Shown here: one piece after another, positions 39,760-49,940 of the stretch | Layout: every line of letters starts with the position of its first letter | Position numbering within the stretch: the first letter of the stretch is position 1 | Origin: Trueperaceae bacterium | GTDB lineage: Bacteria; Deinococcota; Deinococci; Deinococcales; Trueperaceae | NCBI GenBank assembly: GCA_965213925.1 | Contig: OZ243927.1 | Location: 3,104,001 to 3,168,000, forward strand | Length of the DNA: 64,000 nucleotides | Reading direction: 5' to 3' | Notes under the pieces: model-generated | Seen by the model: the letters and a program-made list of their open reading frames with translations, nothing else | The model's database searches: none | Told to the model about the DNA's origin: nothing | Program-made: the position numbers and the translations under genes

Positions 39760-41838
39760 ATGTCGACGCGCCGCACGGAGCCTAAAGTCACCAACACGCG
39801 CTCCGAGCGCGTGCGGCGGCTTTTCCGGCGGCTCCCTTCGTCAGAAACGCTGTCGCTCATCTTGAGCGCGGTGCTCATCGGCATCTTGACGGGCTTTTCG
39901 GCGGTAGCGTTCGACCGGCTTGTACACACTATGGGGACGTTCGCGCACTACACGCGGGTCAACTTGGGCGTCATCGGTGGACCGCTAGCGACGGTGCTGA
40001 TTCCGCTTTTGGGTGGACTTTTGGTGACGCCTATCGTCGTGCGGCTGTCGCCTGACTCGAGGGGCTCAGGTATCCCCAGCGTGATGCTCGCGGTTTCGAA
40101 CATGGGCGGGCGCGTGGCGGGGCGCATCGCGGTGTGGAAACCGCTCGCGACAACGCTCTCCATCGGTACGGGCGCGTCGCTCGGCACCGAGGGTCCGGTG
40201 GTGCAACTCGGCGCGGCGATCGCGTCGATGGTGAGCGGCATCTTGCGGCTTAACGACGAACGGCGGCAGAGCCTCGTGGCGGTGGCGGCGGCGGGCGGCA
40301 TCGCGGCGACGTTTAACGCGCCGATCGCGGGGGTGCTCTTCGCGTTAGAGGTCATTTTGGGGAAGTTCGGCAACCGCCACTTCGCTTCGGTGGTGATCGG
40401 GGCAGTGATGGCGTCGGCGATCTCGAGAGAACTCCTCGGACCCGACCCCGCCTTTGCCGTACCGCTTTACGAGCTAAATAGCCTTTTAGAGCTGCCTCTT
40501 TACGTCCTTTTGGGCATCGTGTGCGCGGTTGCCGCCGTCGGCTTTATCCGCCTCGTCGTCGGCGGCGAAGACCTCTTTAACCGCCTTAGCATCTCGCCCT
40601 GGCTGCGCCCCGCGACGGGCGGCCTGCTTATCGGGCTCATCGCGCTCGTTTTGCCGCAAGTGTTGGGGCGCGGTTACGACACGACGGGCGCGATCTTGAG
40701 TGGGCACGCCATCTTTGAAGGCGGCGAACTCGTCGGCATCGTGCTGCTGCTTGTGCTAGCGCTCGTCAAGGCGCTCGCCACGAGCGTGTCGCTCGCGTCG
40801 TGGGGCTCGGGCGGCATCTTCGCGCCCGTGCTGCTCATCGGCGCGGCCCTCGGCGGCGCGTTCGGCGAGCTGGCGGCGTACCTCTTCCCGACCATCGTTG
40901 CCCAGCCAGGCGCGTTCGCGCTCGTCGGGATGGGCGCGGTCTTCGCGGGCACGACCCGCTCGCCGATGAGCACCATCGTGATGATTTTCGAGCTTTCGGG
41001 CGGCTACCCACTCATCTTGCCGCTCCTCTTAGCGGCGGTAATGGCGACGCTTATTGCGGACGCGGTGGACCCGGAGTCTATCTATCAAGTCATCCTTTCA
41101 CGTAAGGGACTGAGCTTACTTCGCTCGCGCGAGTCCGACCTCTTGCAAACGGTGAGCGTGCGCGAGTTTATGGAGGAGGATATCCCGACCTTACGCACCG
41201 ACGACACGATCAAGACGTTGCGCGACGCCTTGGCGAGTTCGCACCATCACGGCTTCGTGCTGACCTCACCTGACGACCCGGACCACATCGCAAGCATCGT
41301 GACCTTGTCGGATGTGGAGCGGGCGCGGCGTGAAGGCACCCCACCGCAGTCACCTCTGCGCGCGATCGCCCATAAAACGGTGCACTGCGCCCTGCCGGAC
41401 GAACCCATCAGCGACGTGTTGGAGCGCATGGCGCGGCTCGACATCGGGCGGATGCCCGTGGTTGACCCGCGCGACCGCAGGCGGGCGATAGGCTTCGTGC
41501 GGCAGTCGAATCTGGCGAGGGCGTATTACCAAGCGGTGCAGCGGCACCGGCAGTTAGAAGAGGAGGAAGAAGCGAGGCGGCTGCGCGACCTGACCGGGCA
41601 AGAGATCGTCGAGGTGCGCGTGCGCGCCTCCTGTCCGCTCGTGGGCAAAACCCTCAAAGAGGCGGGGCTCCCCCAAGAGAGCATCGTCGTGGCGATTCGG
41701 CGGCGCGGTAAGACGGTCTTTCCGCACGGCGACACGAAGTTAGAGCCCGGCGACACCGTTGTCGCCAACGTCGCCCCCGGCTTTAGCCCCGAGTTTCGGG
41801 CGCGTTTTACAGTGCCGGGCTCGAGGACCTGGTTCTAG
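39760..41838 (+). CDS. CLC chloride channel/antiporter with CBS pair and RCK_C (TrkA-C) domain
   Basis: GSGIP, GTEGP, FNAP, GGIFAP, SIY; CBS domains; VVAIRR.G...PHGDT.L.PGD. Confidence 0.92.
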   Translation: MSTRRTEPKVTNTRSERVRRLFRRLPSSETLSLILSAVLIGILTGFSAVAFDRLVHTMGTFAHYTRVNLGVIGGPLATVLIPLLGGLLVTPIVVRLSPDSRGSGIPSVMLAVSNMGGRVAGRIAVWKPLATTLSIGTGASLGTEGPVVQLGAAIASMVSGILRLNDERRQSLVAVAAAGGIAATFNAPIAGVLFALEVILGKFGNRHFASVVIGAVMASAISRELLGPDPAFAVPLYELNSLLELPLYVLLGIVCAVAAVGFIRLVVGGEDLFNRLSISPWLRPATGGLLIGLIALVLPQVLGRGYDTTGAILSGHAIFEGGELVGIVLLLVLALVKALATSVSLASWGSGGIFAPVLLIGAALGGAFGELAAYLFPTIVAQPGAFALVGMGAVFAGTTRSPMSTIVMIFELSGGYPLILPLLLAAVMATLIADAVDPESIYQVILSRKGLSLLRSRESDLLQTVSVREFMEEDIPTLRTDDTIKTLRDALASSHHHGFVLTSPDDPDHIASIVTLSDVERARREGTPPQSPLRAIAHKTVHCALPDEPISDVLERMARLDIGRMPVVDPRDRRRAIGFVRQSNLARAYYQAVQRHRQLEEEEEARRLRDLTGQEIVEVRVRASCPLVGKTLKEAGLPQESIVVAIRRRGKTVFPHGDTKLEPGDTVVANVAPGFSPEFRARFTVPGSRTWF

Positions 41839-41841
41839 GAT

Positions 41842-41960
41842 AGCAATCCAGTCAAGCTGGTTACGCAGTTTCTCGCAGAGAACGAACGGTGAGTTAAAAG
41901 CGATGAGCAACGAGTCTAAAGTCTTCCACTCGTTGCTCATCGCTCGTTGCTTTCAACTCT
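41842..41960 (-). repeat. Dispersed multi-hairpin intergenic repeat, copy 2 (reverse orientation, internally shortened)
   Basis: Reverse complement reads GGAAGACTTTAG..TTTTAACTCACCGTTCGTT..GCGTAACCAGCTTGACTGGATTGCT. Confidence 0.75.
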
Positions 41961-42006
41961 GTTTCCCCTTCTAATCCGCTGAGTAAAAGATTAGTCTAAA
42001 CTTAGT

Positions 42007-42393
42007 TTGATGAGCTACTTGATAAGCGCTATACAGGCTAGCCCTGAAGATCAACGCATTCCTAAAGCTGCCGCGCATTTACAGACTCGAGTCTTCTCCC
42101 GGCTGAGCGACGACCATGTGATCGCGCTCGCACTCCTGCCTGCGCTGAGCGACATCTATGCTCAAGCCTACCGGACCGCGCAGGTCGTCCGGGCGGACTA
42201 CGTGACGCAAGACGCGGCATTAGGGGCGCACTTACGGGCGCTCGAGCTGCCCCTCTTAGATGAACTGAGCATGGAGGAATTGGGGTGCCTCATCGAGACC
42301 TGGCGTGAACGAGCTGAAACGCTGCCTCACCCCTTTCGCACGTACGTGGAGACGCTGCTTAGTGCGGCTCGAGACCTCACGAACCGTTCTTAG
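42007..42393 (+). CDS. Hypothetical protein
   Basis: 128-aa helical ORF filling the gap; no recognisable motif. Confidence 0.45.
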   Translation: MMSYLISAIQASPEDQRIPKAAAHLQTRVFSRLSDDHVIALALLPALSDIYAQAYRTAQVVRADYVTQDAALGAHLRALELPLLDELSMEELGCLIETWRERAETLPHPFRTYVETLLSAARDLTNRS

Positions 42394-43000
42394 CTTTCCA
42401 CTCCTCGTAGCTCTTTCTGTCATCCTCGAATAATTCTCTCGTGCGGGTGTAGAAACTCCCACCCAAACGCCCGATAGCGCGGAGCTTACGCGGATCAATC
42501 TTGCCCTCTTCCAACAGCTGCTCCTGAACGTGGAACGAAACAACCTCACCTAAGACGAGCGTCGAAGTGCCGAGTTCGATAAGCTGGTGCGTGCGGCACT
42601 CCATCGCGACAGGCGCATCTTTGAGACGAGGAACCTTCACAATCTCGCTCGGGCTCGTCTCCAGATTCAACGCTCCCACCTCGCCCTCTTCGGAGGGGAA
42701 CGGAATGGACGTCTCCACCATCGTCTCCGCGAGGGTTTCGTTCACGATATGCACGACGAACTCGCCTTTCGCTCTAATATTCGCCAAGGTGTCCTTGTCC
42801 TCTCCTTCACGGCGCTGACCGACGCCGATACCTAGAATCGGCGGCGTCGCGCCAAACACGTTGAAGTAGCTGAAAGGGGCGGCGTTCAAGACGCCTGCGT
42901 CATCGGCACTCGTCACCCAAGCGATCGGACGCGGCACGACGGCGCTGGTTAAGAGAGCGTAGCGTTCGGCGTTTTCTAAAGTGTCGGCGGGAATATTCAT
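42377..43000 (-). CDS. Flavin reductase-like (DIM6/NTAB) protein
   Basis: VVPRPIAWV, NAAPFSYF, KDTL.NI, MECR, IGRLGG..Y. Confidence 0.92.
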   Translation of the reverse strand: MNIPADTLENAERYALLTSAVVPRPIAWVTSADDAGVLNAAPFSYFNVFGATPPILGIGVGQRREGEDKDTLANIRAKGEFVVHIVNETLAETMVETSIPFPSEEGEVGALNLETSPSEIVKVPRLKDAPVAMECRTHQLIELGTSTLVLGEVVSFHVQEQLLEEGKIDPRKLRAIGRLGGSFYTRTRELFEDDRKSYEEWKAKNGS

Positions 43001-43055
43001 CCTAAGAGTGTAACGGGGCGAGATAGGGTCCTAAGTGGAGGGAGCGAACAATAGG

Positions 43056-43191
43056 GAGCAATGAGAAACGAGCAGTGAACCTAAAGGGTCTCACTCACTG
43101 TTCGTTCCTTTCGCAGCTTGCGAAAACTCCGTAAACGGAGACCGCGTAACCAGCTCGACTGGATTGCTCATTGCTTTGAACTCATTGCTTT
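43056..43191 (+). repeat. Dispersed multi-hairpin intergenic repeat, copy 3
   Basis: ACCAGCTCGACTGGATTGCT at 43149-43168 is identical to 10121-10140. Confidence 0.8.
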
Positions 43192-43678
43192 CTAACCTAT
43201 GAAAAACCTTACAGCGCAAGAGCGGACGCGGAGCACCCTCCCAACTGAGCATTCACCTCCCATTTTGCGCCCTAAAATCCTGGTACGCTAGCACCAGAAG
43301 TGGGGCCGATATCCCACCGAAACACTCGGCTATATCGCGTCTCGATTCTTAGAAGCGTGAGGACATATGTCCTGTTTGCGCAGGGGGACAAATATGTTAC
43401 GTTTGTCGTAGCCTCATACACGTGTGGCAGCACAAAACGAACGAGCAGGCAAGAGGGGTATAGACGCTGAGAGTCCGCCTCGCGGAATTCTCATAGTTGA
43501 GCAGAGGAGGCTCTAAGCTGCGCAACCTAGACAGGTACGTAAAATTCTCCATTCTTTTTCGCCATCCTCCTGAGGGTTCGGCTGCTTTTGCTTTTTCTGC
43601 AAATGGCACATCAGACAGTAACGTTATACGCGAAAGGTTTTATTTTATGAATCATCCAAGTAAGGGTAAGGAGGTCTA

Positions 43679-44332
43679 ATGCCTCAGCACTTCCCCCCCA
43701 ACGCGAACTCGTTCGCCAAGTGGAGCATCATCGGCGGCGTGATTTTTATCCTCGTGCTCGCCACGGCGCTTACCGCGTACGCGAGGACGACGCGCAACCG
43801 CGTGGGCGTACCCGTCGCGCAGCCCGTCGGCTTCCAGCACTCGCTCCACGCGGGCGAGTTGGGCGTCGACTGCCGCTACTGCCACAACTCCGTCGAAGTG
43901 GCCGCGTACGCGAACGTGCCTCCCACCGAAGTCTGCATGACCTGCCACTCGCAGATTCGCGTGGGCGCACCGCAGCTCTCCGCCGTCTACGAATCGTGGG
44001 AGACGGAGACGCCCATCGAGTGGAACAAGGTCCACGACTTAGCGGACTTCGTCTACTTCAACCACAGCGCGCACATCAACAACGGCGTGGGTTGTAACCA
44101 CTGCCACGGGCGCGTGGACCAGATGTCGGCGATCTGGAAAGAGGAGCCGATGACGATGGGCTGGTGCTTAGAGTGTCACCGCGCACCGGAGAAGTACGTG
44201 CGTCCCAAAGAAGAGGTCTTTAACCTCGCCTATGAGCCGCCTACGAACCAGCTCGAGCTAGGACGCAGTTTGGTCAAGAGCTATCACATCAACGCAGACG
44301 CGATGGCGAACTGCTCGTACTGCCACAGATAA
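43679..44332 (+). CDS. actA: Alternative complex III pentaheme cytochrome c subunit
   Basis: N-terminal TM helix plus five CxxCH (CRYCH, CMTCH, CNHCH, CLECH, CSYCH). Confidence 0.92.
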   Translation: MPQHFPPNANSFAKWSIIGGVIFILVLATALTAYARTTRNRVGVPVAQPVGFQHSLHAGELGVDCRYCHNSVEVAAYANVPPTEVCMTCHSQIRVGAPQLSAVYESWETETPIEWNKVHDLADFVYFNHSAHINNGVGCNHCHGRVDQMSAIWKEEPMTMGWCLECHRAPEKYVRPKEEVFNLAYEPPTNQLELGRSLVKSYHINADAMANCSYCHR

Positions 44333-44342
44333 TGGACGCTTT

Positions 44343-47300
44343 ATGGATGAATTGAAAACACCTAACGATCCTCTAACCACACCCGGCGCAAGGCTGGACA
44401 TGGCCGAAATCCGCGAGAAGTTGGCGAACAAAAAAGGGCAAGCCTACTGGCGGAGTTTGGAAGAACTCGCCGAGACGCCCGAATTCGACGAATTCATGCA
44501 GAAAGAGTTCCCGCGTCAGGCTGCGCCGATGGTCAGTGGCGTGGACCGCCGCGACTTCATGAAGCTCTTGGGCGCGTCGCTCGCGCTCGCCGGGCTGACC
44601 TCTTGCGTGCGTCCCTACCGCCAAGAAAAGATCGTTCCCTACGTCAAAGCGCCCGAAGAACTCATCCCCGGTGTACCCGTACACTACGCCAGCGCCCTCA
44701 CGCAGGGTGGCTTTGCGAAGGGCGTTTTAGTCGAAAACCATCAGGGACGCCCCACCAAGATCGAGGGCAACCCCGACCACCCCGCGAGCTTGGGCGCAAC
44801 GGACGCCATCATGCAAGCCGCCACCCTCGCGCTCTACGACCCGGACCGCTCGCAGATCACGATCAACAGCGGTAACCCGAGCACCTATACCGACTTCATC
44901 GAGACCTTGACCGGGACGCTCGGCGGCATCGGTAATGGCGCGGGGCTGCACATCCTCACGGAGACCATCACCTCGCCCGTGATGGCGGAGCAGCTCGCGC
45001 AGGTCTTGCGCACCTATCCGCAAGCGCAGTGGCATCAGTTCGACCCCGCCTACAGCGACGGCGCTCGCCAGGGTGCGCAACTCGCCTTTGGCGAAGATGT
45101 GCAGACACGCTACGACTTCTCGAAGGCGAACGTCGTCTTCTCGCTCAGCGCGGACTTTTTAGGCACGGGCGAGGGCAAGCTCAACTACACGAAGGGCTTC
45201 TCGCAGAAGCGGCGCGTACGCAGCGCTGAAGACGACATGAACCGCGTCTATGTCGCCGAGAGCACGCCGTCCATCACGGGCAGCATGGCGGACCACCGCT
45301 TGGCGCTTGATACGCGCGGAATCGAGCAGTTAGCTCGAGCGGTTGCCTCCCAACTCGGCATTTCGGTAGGCGAAGCGGCGAAACCCGAACACGTACCGGC
45401 TGAGTGGCTGAGCGCTTTAGTCGAGGACTTACAAGGTGCGCAAGGAAGCAGCGTCGTCGTGGCGGGTGACGAGCAGTCACCGATGGTGCACGCGCTCGCC
45501 CACGCAATGAATAACGCGCTCGGCAACGTCGGGCAGACGGTCATGTATACGGACCCCGTCGTGGCGCGCACGGACAATCAGCTCGAGTCCCTTCGCGTTT
45601 TAACGGAAGCGATGGCCGCAGGCGAGGTGCAAGCCTTACTCATGATGGGCGGCAACCCCGTCTACAACGCGCCAGCAGATTTGAACTTCGCCGAAGCCTT
45701 GTCCCGCGTGCCCCTGAGCGTTCACTTAGCGCCTTACTACGACGAGACCTCGGTTCGCAGCACCTGGCACGTGCCCATCACCCACGAGTTGGAGATGTGG
45801 AGTGACGCAAGAGCCTTCGACGGCACCGTCACCATCATTCAGCCACTCATCGCACCTTTCTATAACGGCGTCTCGCCCCACGAATTCCTCTCCGCCGTGC
45901 TGGGTCAGCCCGACACAGCGGGCTACGACATCGTCCGCAGCTTCTACCAGGAGCGCACTGAAGGCAACTTCGACGTGTTCTGGCGCGACGCGATGTACCG
46001 GGGCGTGCTGCAAGGGACGGCGGCTCAGCCTAAAGAGGTCTCTATCCAGGGAGATTTCTCAGGGCAAAGCGCCCGAGCTGGGGGCGAAGGTTTAGAGGTT
46101 ACTTTCCGCCTCGACCCGAGCGTTTACGACGGGCGCTACGCCAACATCGGCTGGCTCCAGGAGTTACCGAATCCCTTCACCAAACTCACTTGGGACAACG
46201 CGGCGTTCATCAGCCCCGCGCTAGCCGAGCAGCGCGGCTTGTCGAACGACGACGTCGTGACACTCACTTTCGAAGGTCGCAGCGTCCGAGCGCCGATCTG
46301 GATCATGCCCGGTCAGGCGGAAAACGTTGTGACCCTTCACTTGGGTTATGGGCGCGAGAACGTCGGTCATATCGGCAACGGCGCGGGTTTTAACGCCTAC
46401 TTGCTCCGCACGACGGGCACGCCTTGGAACGGTCAGGGCTTACAGATGGAGCCGACCGATGAGCGCTACCAACTCGTCAGCACGCAGATGCACCACGCGC
46501 TGTTCGAAGACGGCGTCGAGGCGCGTCACATCGTTCGGCACGGCACCCTAGCCGACCTTAAGGCGCACCCCGAGCACCCCGAGTTCGTCCACCCTGTCGA
46601 GCACCACGACTACGACCTCTACGCCGACTACAGCTACCCCGACCACGCCTGGGGCATGGTCGTGGATATGAACACCTGCACGGGCTGTAACGCCTGTGTG
46701 ACCGCCTGCCAAGCGGAGAACAACATCCCCATCGTCGGCAAGCAGCAAGTCGCGGTCGGGCGCGAGATGCAGTGGATTCGCGTGGACTCGTACTACGGCG
46801 GCTCCTTCGACGACCCCGAGTTCTACCACCAGCCGATGATGTGTCAGCACTGCGAGCAAGCGCCTTGCGAGCCCGTCTGTCCGGTCGGCGCGACCGTCCA
46901 TGACCACGAAGGTCTAAACGTGATGGTCTACAACCGCTGCGTCGGCACGCGCTACTGCTCGAACAACTGTCCCTACAAGGTGCGCCGTTTCAACTTCTTG
47001 CAGTACGCCGAGTTAGAGGAGACCTCGCTGGCGATGCTCCAAAACCCCAACGTCACCGTGCGCAGCCGCGGCGTCATGGAAAAGTGTACCTTCTGCATCC
47101 AGCGCATCAAGATGGGCACGCTCAATGCGAGCAACGAAAACCGCGAGATTAGCGATGGCGACATCGTTACAGCGTGCCAGTCGGCGTGTCCGGCGGAAGC
47201 CATCATCTTCGGTGATATCAACGATTTGGAGAGCCAAGTCGCGAAGGACAAGGCGTCGGTCCTCAACTACGGCGTCTTGACCGAACTCAACACGGTGCCC

Positions 47301-47372
47301 CGCACGACCTACCTTGCGAGAGTCAGAAACCCCAATCCTGCGCTTGTCAGCGCCGAGTCAGGAGCGCACTGA
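44343..47372 (+). CDS. actB: Alternative complex III molybdopterin-oxidoreductase-like / Fe-S subunit
   Basis: YWRSLEEL, TAT motif RRDFMK, GRPTKIEGNP.HP, C-terminal ferredoxin Cys clusters. Confidence 0.93.
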   Translation: MDELKTPNDPLTTPGARLDMAEIREKLANKKGQAYWRSLEELAETPEFDEFMQKEFPRQAAPMVSGVDRRDFMKLLGASLALAGLTSCVRPYRQEKIVPYVKAPEELIPGVPVHYASALTQGGFAKGVLVENHQGRPTKIEGNPDHPASLGATDAIMQAATLALYDPDRSQITINSGNPSTYTDFIETLTGTLGGIGNGAGLHILTETITSPVMAEQLAQVLRTYPQAQWHQFDPAYSDGARQGAQLAFGEDVQTRYDFSKANVVFSLSADFLGTGEGKLNYTKGFSQKRRVRSAEDDMNRVYVAESTPSITGSMADHRLALDTRGIEQLARAVASQLGISVGEAAKPEHVPAEWLSALVEDLQGAQGSSVVVAGDEQSPMVHALAHAMNNALGNVGQTVMYTDPVVARTDNQLESLRVLTEAMAAGEVQALLMMGGNPVYNAPADLNFAEALSRVPLSVHLAPYYDETSVRSTWHVPITHELEMWSDARAFDGTVTIIQPLIAPFYNGVSPHEFLSAVLGQPDTAGYDIVRSFYQERTEGNFDVFWRDAMYRGVLQGTAAQPKEVSIQGDFSGQSARAGGEGLEVTFRLDPSVYDGRYANIGWLQELPNPFTKLTWDNAAFISPALAEQRGLSNDDVVTLTFEGRSVRAPIWIMPGQAENVVTLHLGYGRENVGHIGNGAGFNAYLLRTTGTPWNGQGLQMEPTDERYQLVSTQMHHALFEDGVEARHIVRHGTLADLKAHPEHPEFVHPVEHHDYDLYADYSYPDHAWGMVVDMNTCTGCNACVTACQAENNIPIVGKQQVAVGREMQWIRVDSYYGGSFDDPEFYHQPMMCQHCEQAPCEPVCPVGATVHDHEGLNVMVYNRCVGTRYCSNNCPYKVRRFNFLQYAELEETSLAMLQNPNVTVRSRGVMEKCTFCIQRIKMGTLNASNENREISDGDIVTACQSACPAEAIIFGDINDLESQVAKDKASVLNYGVLTELNTVPRTTYLARVRNPNPALVSAESGAH

Positions 47373-48763
47373 TGGCTGTTAAAACTCCGGAGGGGCGTAA
47401 CAAGCCCGTAGAGACGGACCGCGTGATCGCCCCGGGGATGACCTACGGCAAAGTTGACGACGTCGTCAATAAGCCTATCCTGAAAGGTCCCTTTGCCACG
47501 CCGATCTGGTGGTTTTTAGGCTTCGGGGTCGCTTTTACACTGCTCATGGTCTACCTCTACTCGATCACCACGCTCATCATTCGCGGCACGGGTATCTGGG
47601 GCAACAACGTCCCGGTGGCTTGGGGCTTCCCGATCATCAACTTCGTGTGGTGGATCGGGATCGGGCACGCGGGCACGCTCATCTCGGCGATTTTGCTTCT
47701 GTTCCGCCAGGATTGGCGCACGTCCATCAACCGCTTCGCGGAGGCGATGACGCTCTTCGCGGTTGCGTGCGCAGGTCTCTACCCGATTCTCCACTTAGGG
47801 CGTCCTTGGGTCTTCTACTGGCTCGTCCCTTACCCGAACACCTTTGGGCTCTTTCCGCAGTTCCGCAGCCCGCTCGACTGGGACTTCTTCGCGATTTCGA
47901 CCTACGCGAGCGTTTCGCTGCTGTTCTGGTACATCGGCTTGGTGCCTGACTTGGCGACCATGCGCGACAGCAGCAAAAACGCCTTTACGCGCATCTTTTA
48001 CGGGACGCTCTGCTTAGGCTGGCGCGGCTCGGCAAAGCATTGGCAGCGTTACCAGCGGGCGTACTTGCTCCTGGGCGCACTTTCGACGCCGCTCGTGTTA
48101 TCCGTTCACAGCACCATCGCGATGGACTTCGCCGTGGCGCAGATGCCAGGCTGGAACAACACGATCGCGCCGCCTTACTTTGTTGCGGGGGCGGTTTACG
48201 CGGGGTTCGCGATGGTGCTGCTGCTCGCGATTCCGCTACGCTACGTGTTCGGACTTCAAGGGCTCATCACTAAAAAGCACCTGGACAACTGCGCCAAGGT
48301 CATGTTGGCAACAGGACTCATCGTCTGTTACGGCTATATGATCGAGGTCTTCATCGCTTGGTACTCGGGCGCAGAGGTCGAGCAGTACATGATCGTCAAC
48401 CGGATGTTCGGCGAGTACGGCTGGGCGTTCTGGGCGCTGATTTTCTGTAACTTTGCGTGCATCCAGCCGCTCTGGTCTAAGCGCATTCGCAACTCGCAGA
48501 CCGCGCTCTTTATCATCTCGCTCATCGTCTCGGTAGGGATGTGGCTCGAGCGTTACGTCATCATCGCGATCAGCTTGACCCGCGACTGGCTCCCCTCCTC
48601 CTGGGACGTGTACAACCCCACCGTATGGGACTGGTCCTTATACGTCGGCTCGTTCGGGCTCTTCCTGACCTTGTTCTTCCTCTTTATCCGCTTACTACCG
48701 TCGATTGCTACAAGTGAAATCAAAGAGCTGGTTCACGAGGATCAGCACGCGGGGGAGCACTGA
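47372..48763 (+). CDS. actC: Alternative complex III quinol-oxidising NrfD/PsrC subunit
   Basis: NFVWWIGIGHAGTLISA, INRFAEAM, HLGRPW, SPL.WD. Confidence 0.94.
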   Translation: MAVKTPEGRNKPVETDRVIAPGMTYGKVDDVVNKPILKGPFATPIWWFLGFGVAFTLLMVYLYSITTLIIRGTGIWGNNVPVAWGFPIINFVWWIGIGHAGTLISAILLLFRQDWRTSINRFAEAMTLFAVACAGLYPILHLGRPWVFYWLVPYPNTFGLFPQFRSPLDWDFFAISTYASVSLLFWYIGLVPDLATMRDSSKNAFTRIFYGTLCLGWRGSAKHWQRYQRAYLLLGALSTPLVLSVHSTIAMDFAVAQMPGWNNTIAPPYFVAGAVYAGFAMVLLLAIPLRYVFGLQGLITKKHLDNCAKVMLATGLIVCYGYMIEVFIAWYSGAEVEQYMIVNRMFGEYGWAFWALIFCNFACIQPLWSKRIRNSQTALFIISLIVSVGMWLERYVIIAISLTRDWLPSSWDVYNPTVWDWSLYVGSFGLFLTLFFLFIRLLPSIATSEIKELVHEDQHAGEH

Positions 48764-49320
48764 TGGCGACACACGCACTGTCCGAGCAAGAACTTCAGAC
48801 GTACGGCATGGTCGCAGAGTTCAGCACGCCCGAAGCGATCGTCGAAGCGGCGGATAAAGCCAGAGAAGCGGGCTACACCGAGATGGAGGGCTACACGCCC
48901 TTCCCGGTCCACGGGCTCGACGAGGCGCTCGGCTTCGAAAACACGAAGTTAGGCTGGGTCGTCTTGATCATCGGCGGCTTGGGCGGACTTGCGGGCTTCT
49001 TCATGTGCTGGTATGCCAACGTCGTGTACTATCCCCTCAATATCGGCGGTAAGCCCTTGAACAGTTGGCCTAACTTCGTGGTCATCACCTTCGAATGCGC
49101 GGTTCTTTTCTCGGCGTTCACAGCAGGGCTTTTCATGCTCGCCCGCAACGGGCTGCCGCAGCCCTACCACTCGATTTTCAACACGCCGAACTTCGAGGCG
49201 GCGAGCCGCGACAAGTTCTTTTTATGCATCGAAGCGAAGGACGAAAAGTTCGATCCCGAGGAGACGCGGCGCTTTTTAGAGGAGATGGAACCCGACCGCG
49301 TCTCCGAGGTTGAGGTATGA
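48763..49320 (+). CDS. actD: Alternative complex III DUF3341 subunit
   Basis: YTPFPVHGL, IGGKP..SWP.F...FE. Confidence 0.92.
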   Translation: MATHALSEQELQTYGMVAEFSTPEAIVEAADKAREAGYTEMEGYTPFPVHGLDEALGFENTKLGWVVLIIGGLGGLAGFFMCWYANVVYYPLNIGGKPLNSWPNFVVITFECAVLFSAFTAGLFMLARNGLPQPYHSIFNTPNFEAASRDKFFLCIEAKDEKFDPEETRRFLEEMEPDRVSEVEV

Positions 49321-49940
49321 CGATGACAAGATACGTTTTACTCTTAGCGGCGTTCTGTCTGCTTCTAGCGGGCTGCGGGCGCAACATGTACGACCAAGAG
49401 GGCAAATACGAAACTTACGAGACGAGCGACCTCTTTGAAGACGGCACCTCGTCGCGCCCGCTCATCGAGGGCACCGTGACGCGCACACGCGGCGACGTCA
49501 ACGAGGCGTTCTTTACGGGGCAGGACGAGAACGGCCTCTTGACTGAGTCGCCGATTCCAATCACCGAAGAGACGCTCGCGCGAGGTCAGGAGCGCTACAA
49601 TATCTACTGCTCGCCCTGCCACAACTTCAACGGCAACGGCATGGGCATGATCGTGCAGAAAGGCTTTGTGCAGCCGACCTCGTTCCACGAGCAGCGTCTG
49701 CAGCAGTCCCCTATCGGTTACTTCTACAACTCGATCACCAATGGCTTCGGGCGGATGTACTCGTACGCCTCACGCATCCCCCCCGAAGACCGCTGGGCGA
49801 TTTCGGCGTACATCAAAACGATGCAGTTCAGCCAGTACGCCGATCCTGCGAACCTGCCTGAAGATGTGAGAGGTCAGTTGGAGCAGTCCCAGGCACAAAT
49901 GCAGCAGACCCAAACCGCACAAGAAGGGGGTCAAGAGTGA
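49317..49940 (+). CDS. actE: Alternative complex III monoheme lipoprotein cytochrome c
   Basis: Lipobox LAGC, CSPCH, M.SY...DRWAI. Confidence 0.92.
   Translation: MTMTRYVLLLAAFCLLLAGCGRNMYDQEGKYETYETSDLFEDGTSSRPLIEGTVTRTRGDVNEAFFTGQDENGLLTESPIPITEETLARGQERYNIYCSPCHNFNGNGMGMIVQKGFVQPTSFHEQRLQQSPIGYFYNSITNGFGRMYSYASRIPPEDRWAISAYIKTMQFSQYADPANLPEDVRGQLEQSQAQMQQTQTAQEGGQE

Noticed and set aside
43497..43679. 60-aa leader ORF before actA
   Set aside because: TTG start without an RBS and no recognisable features; more likely UTR.
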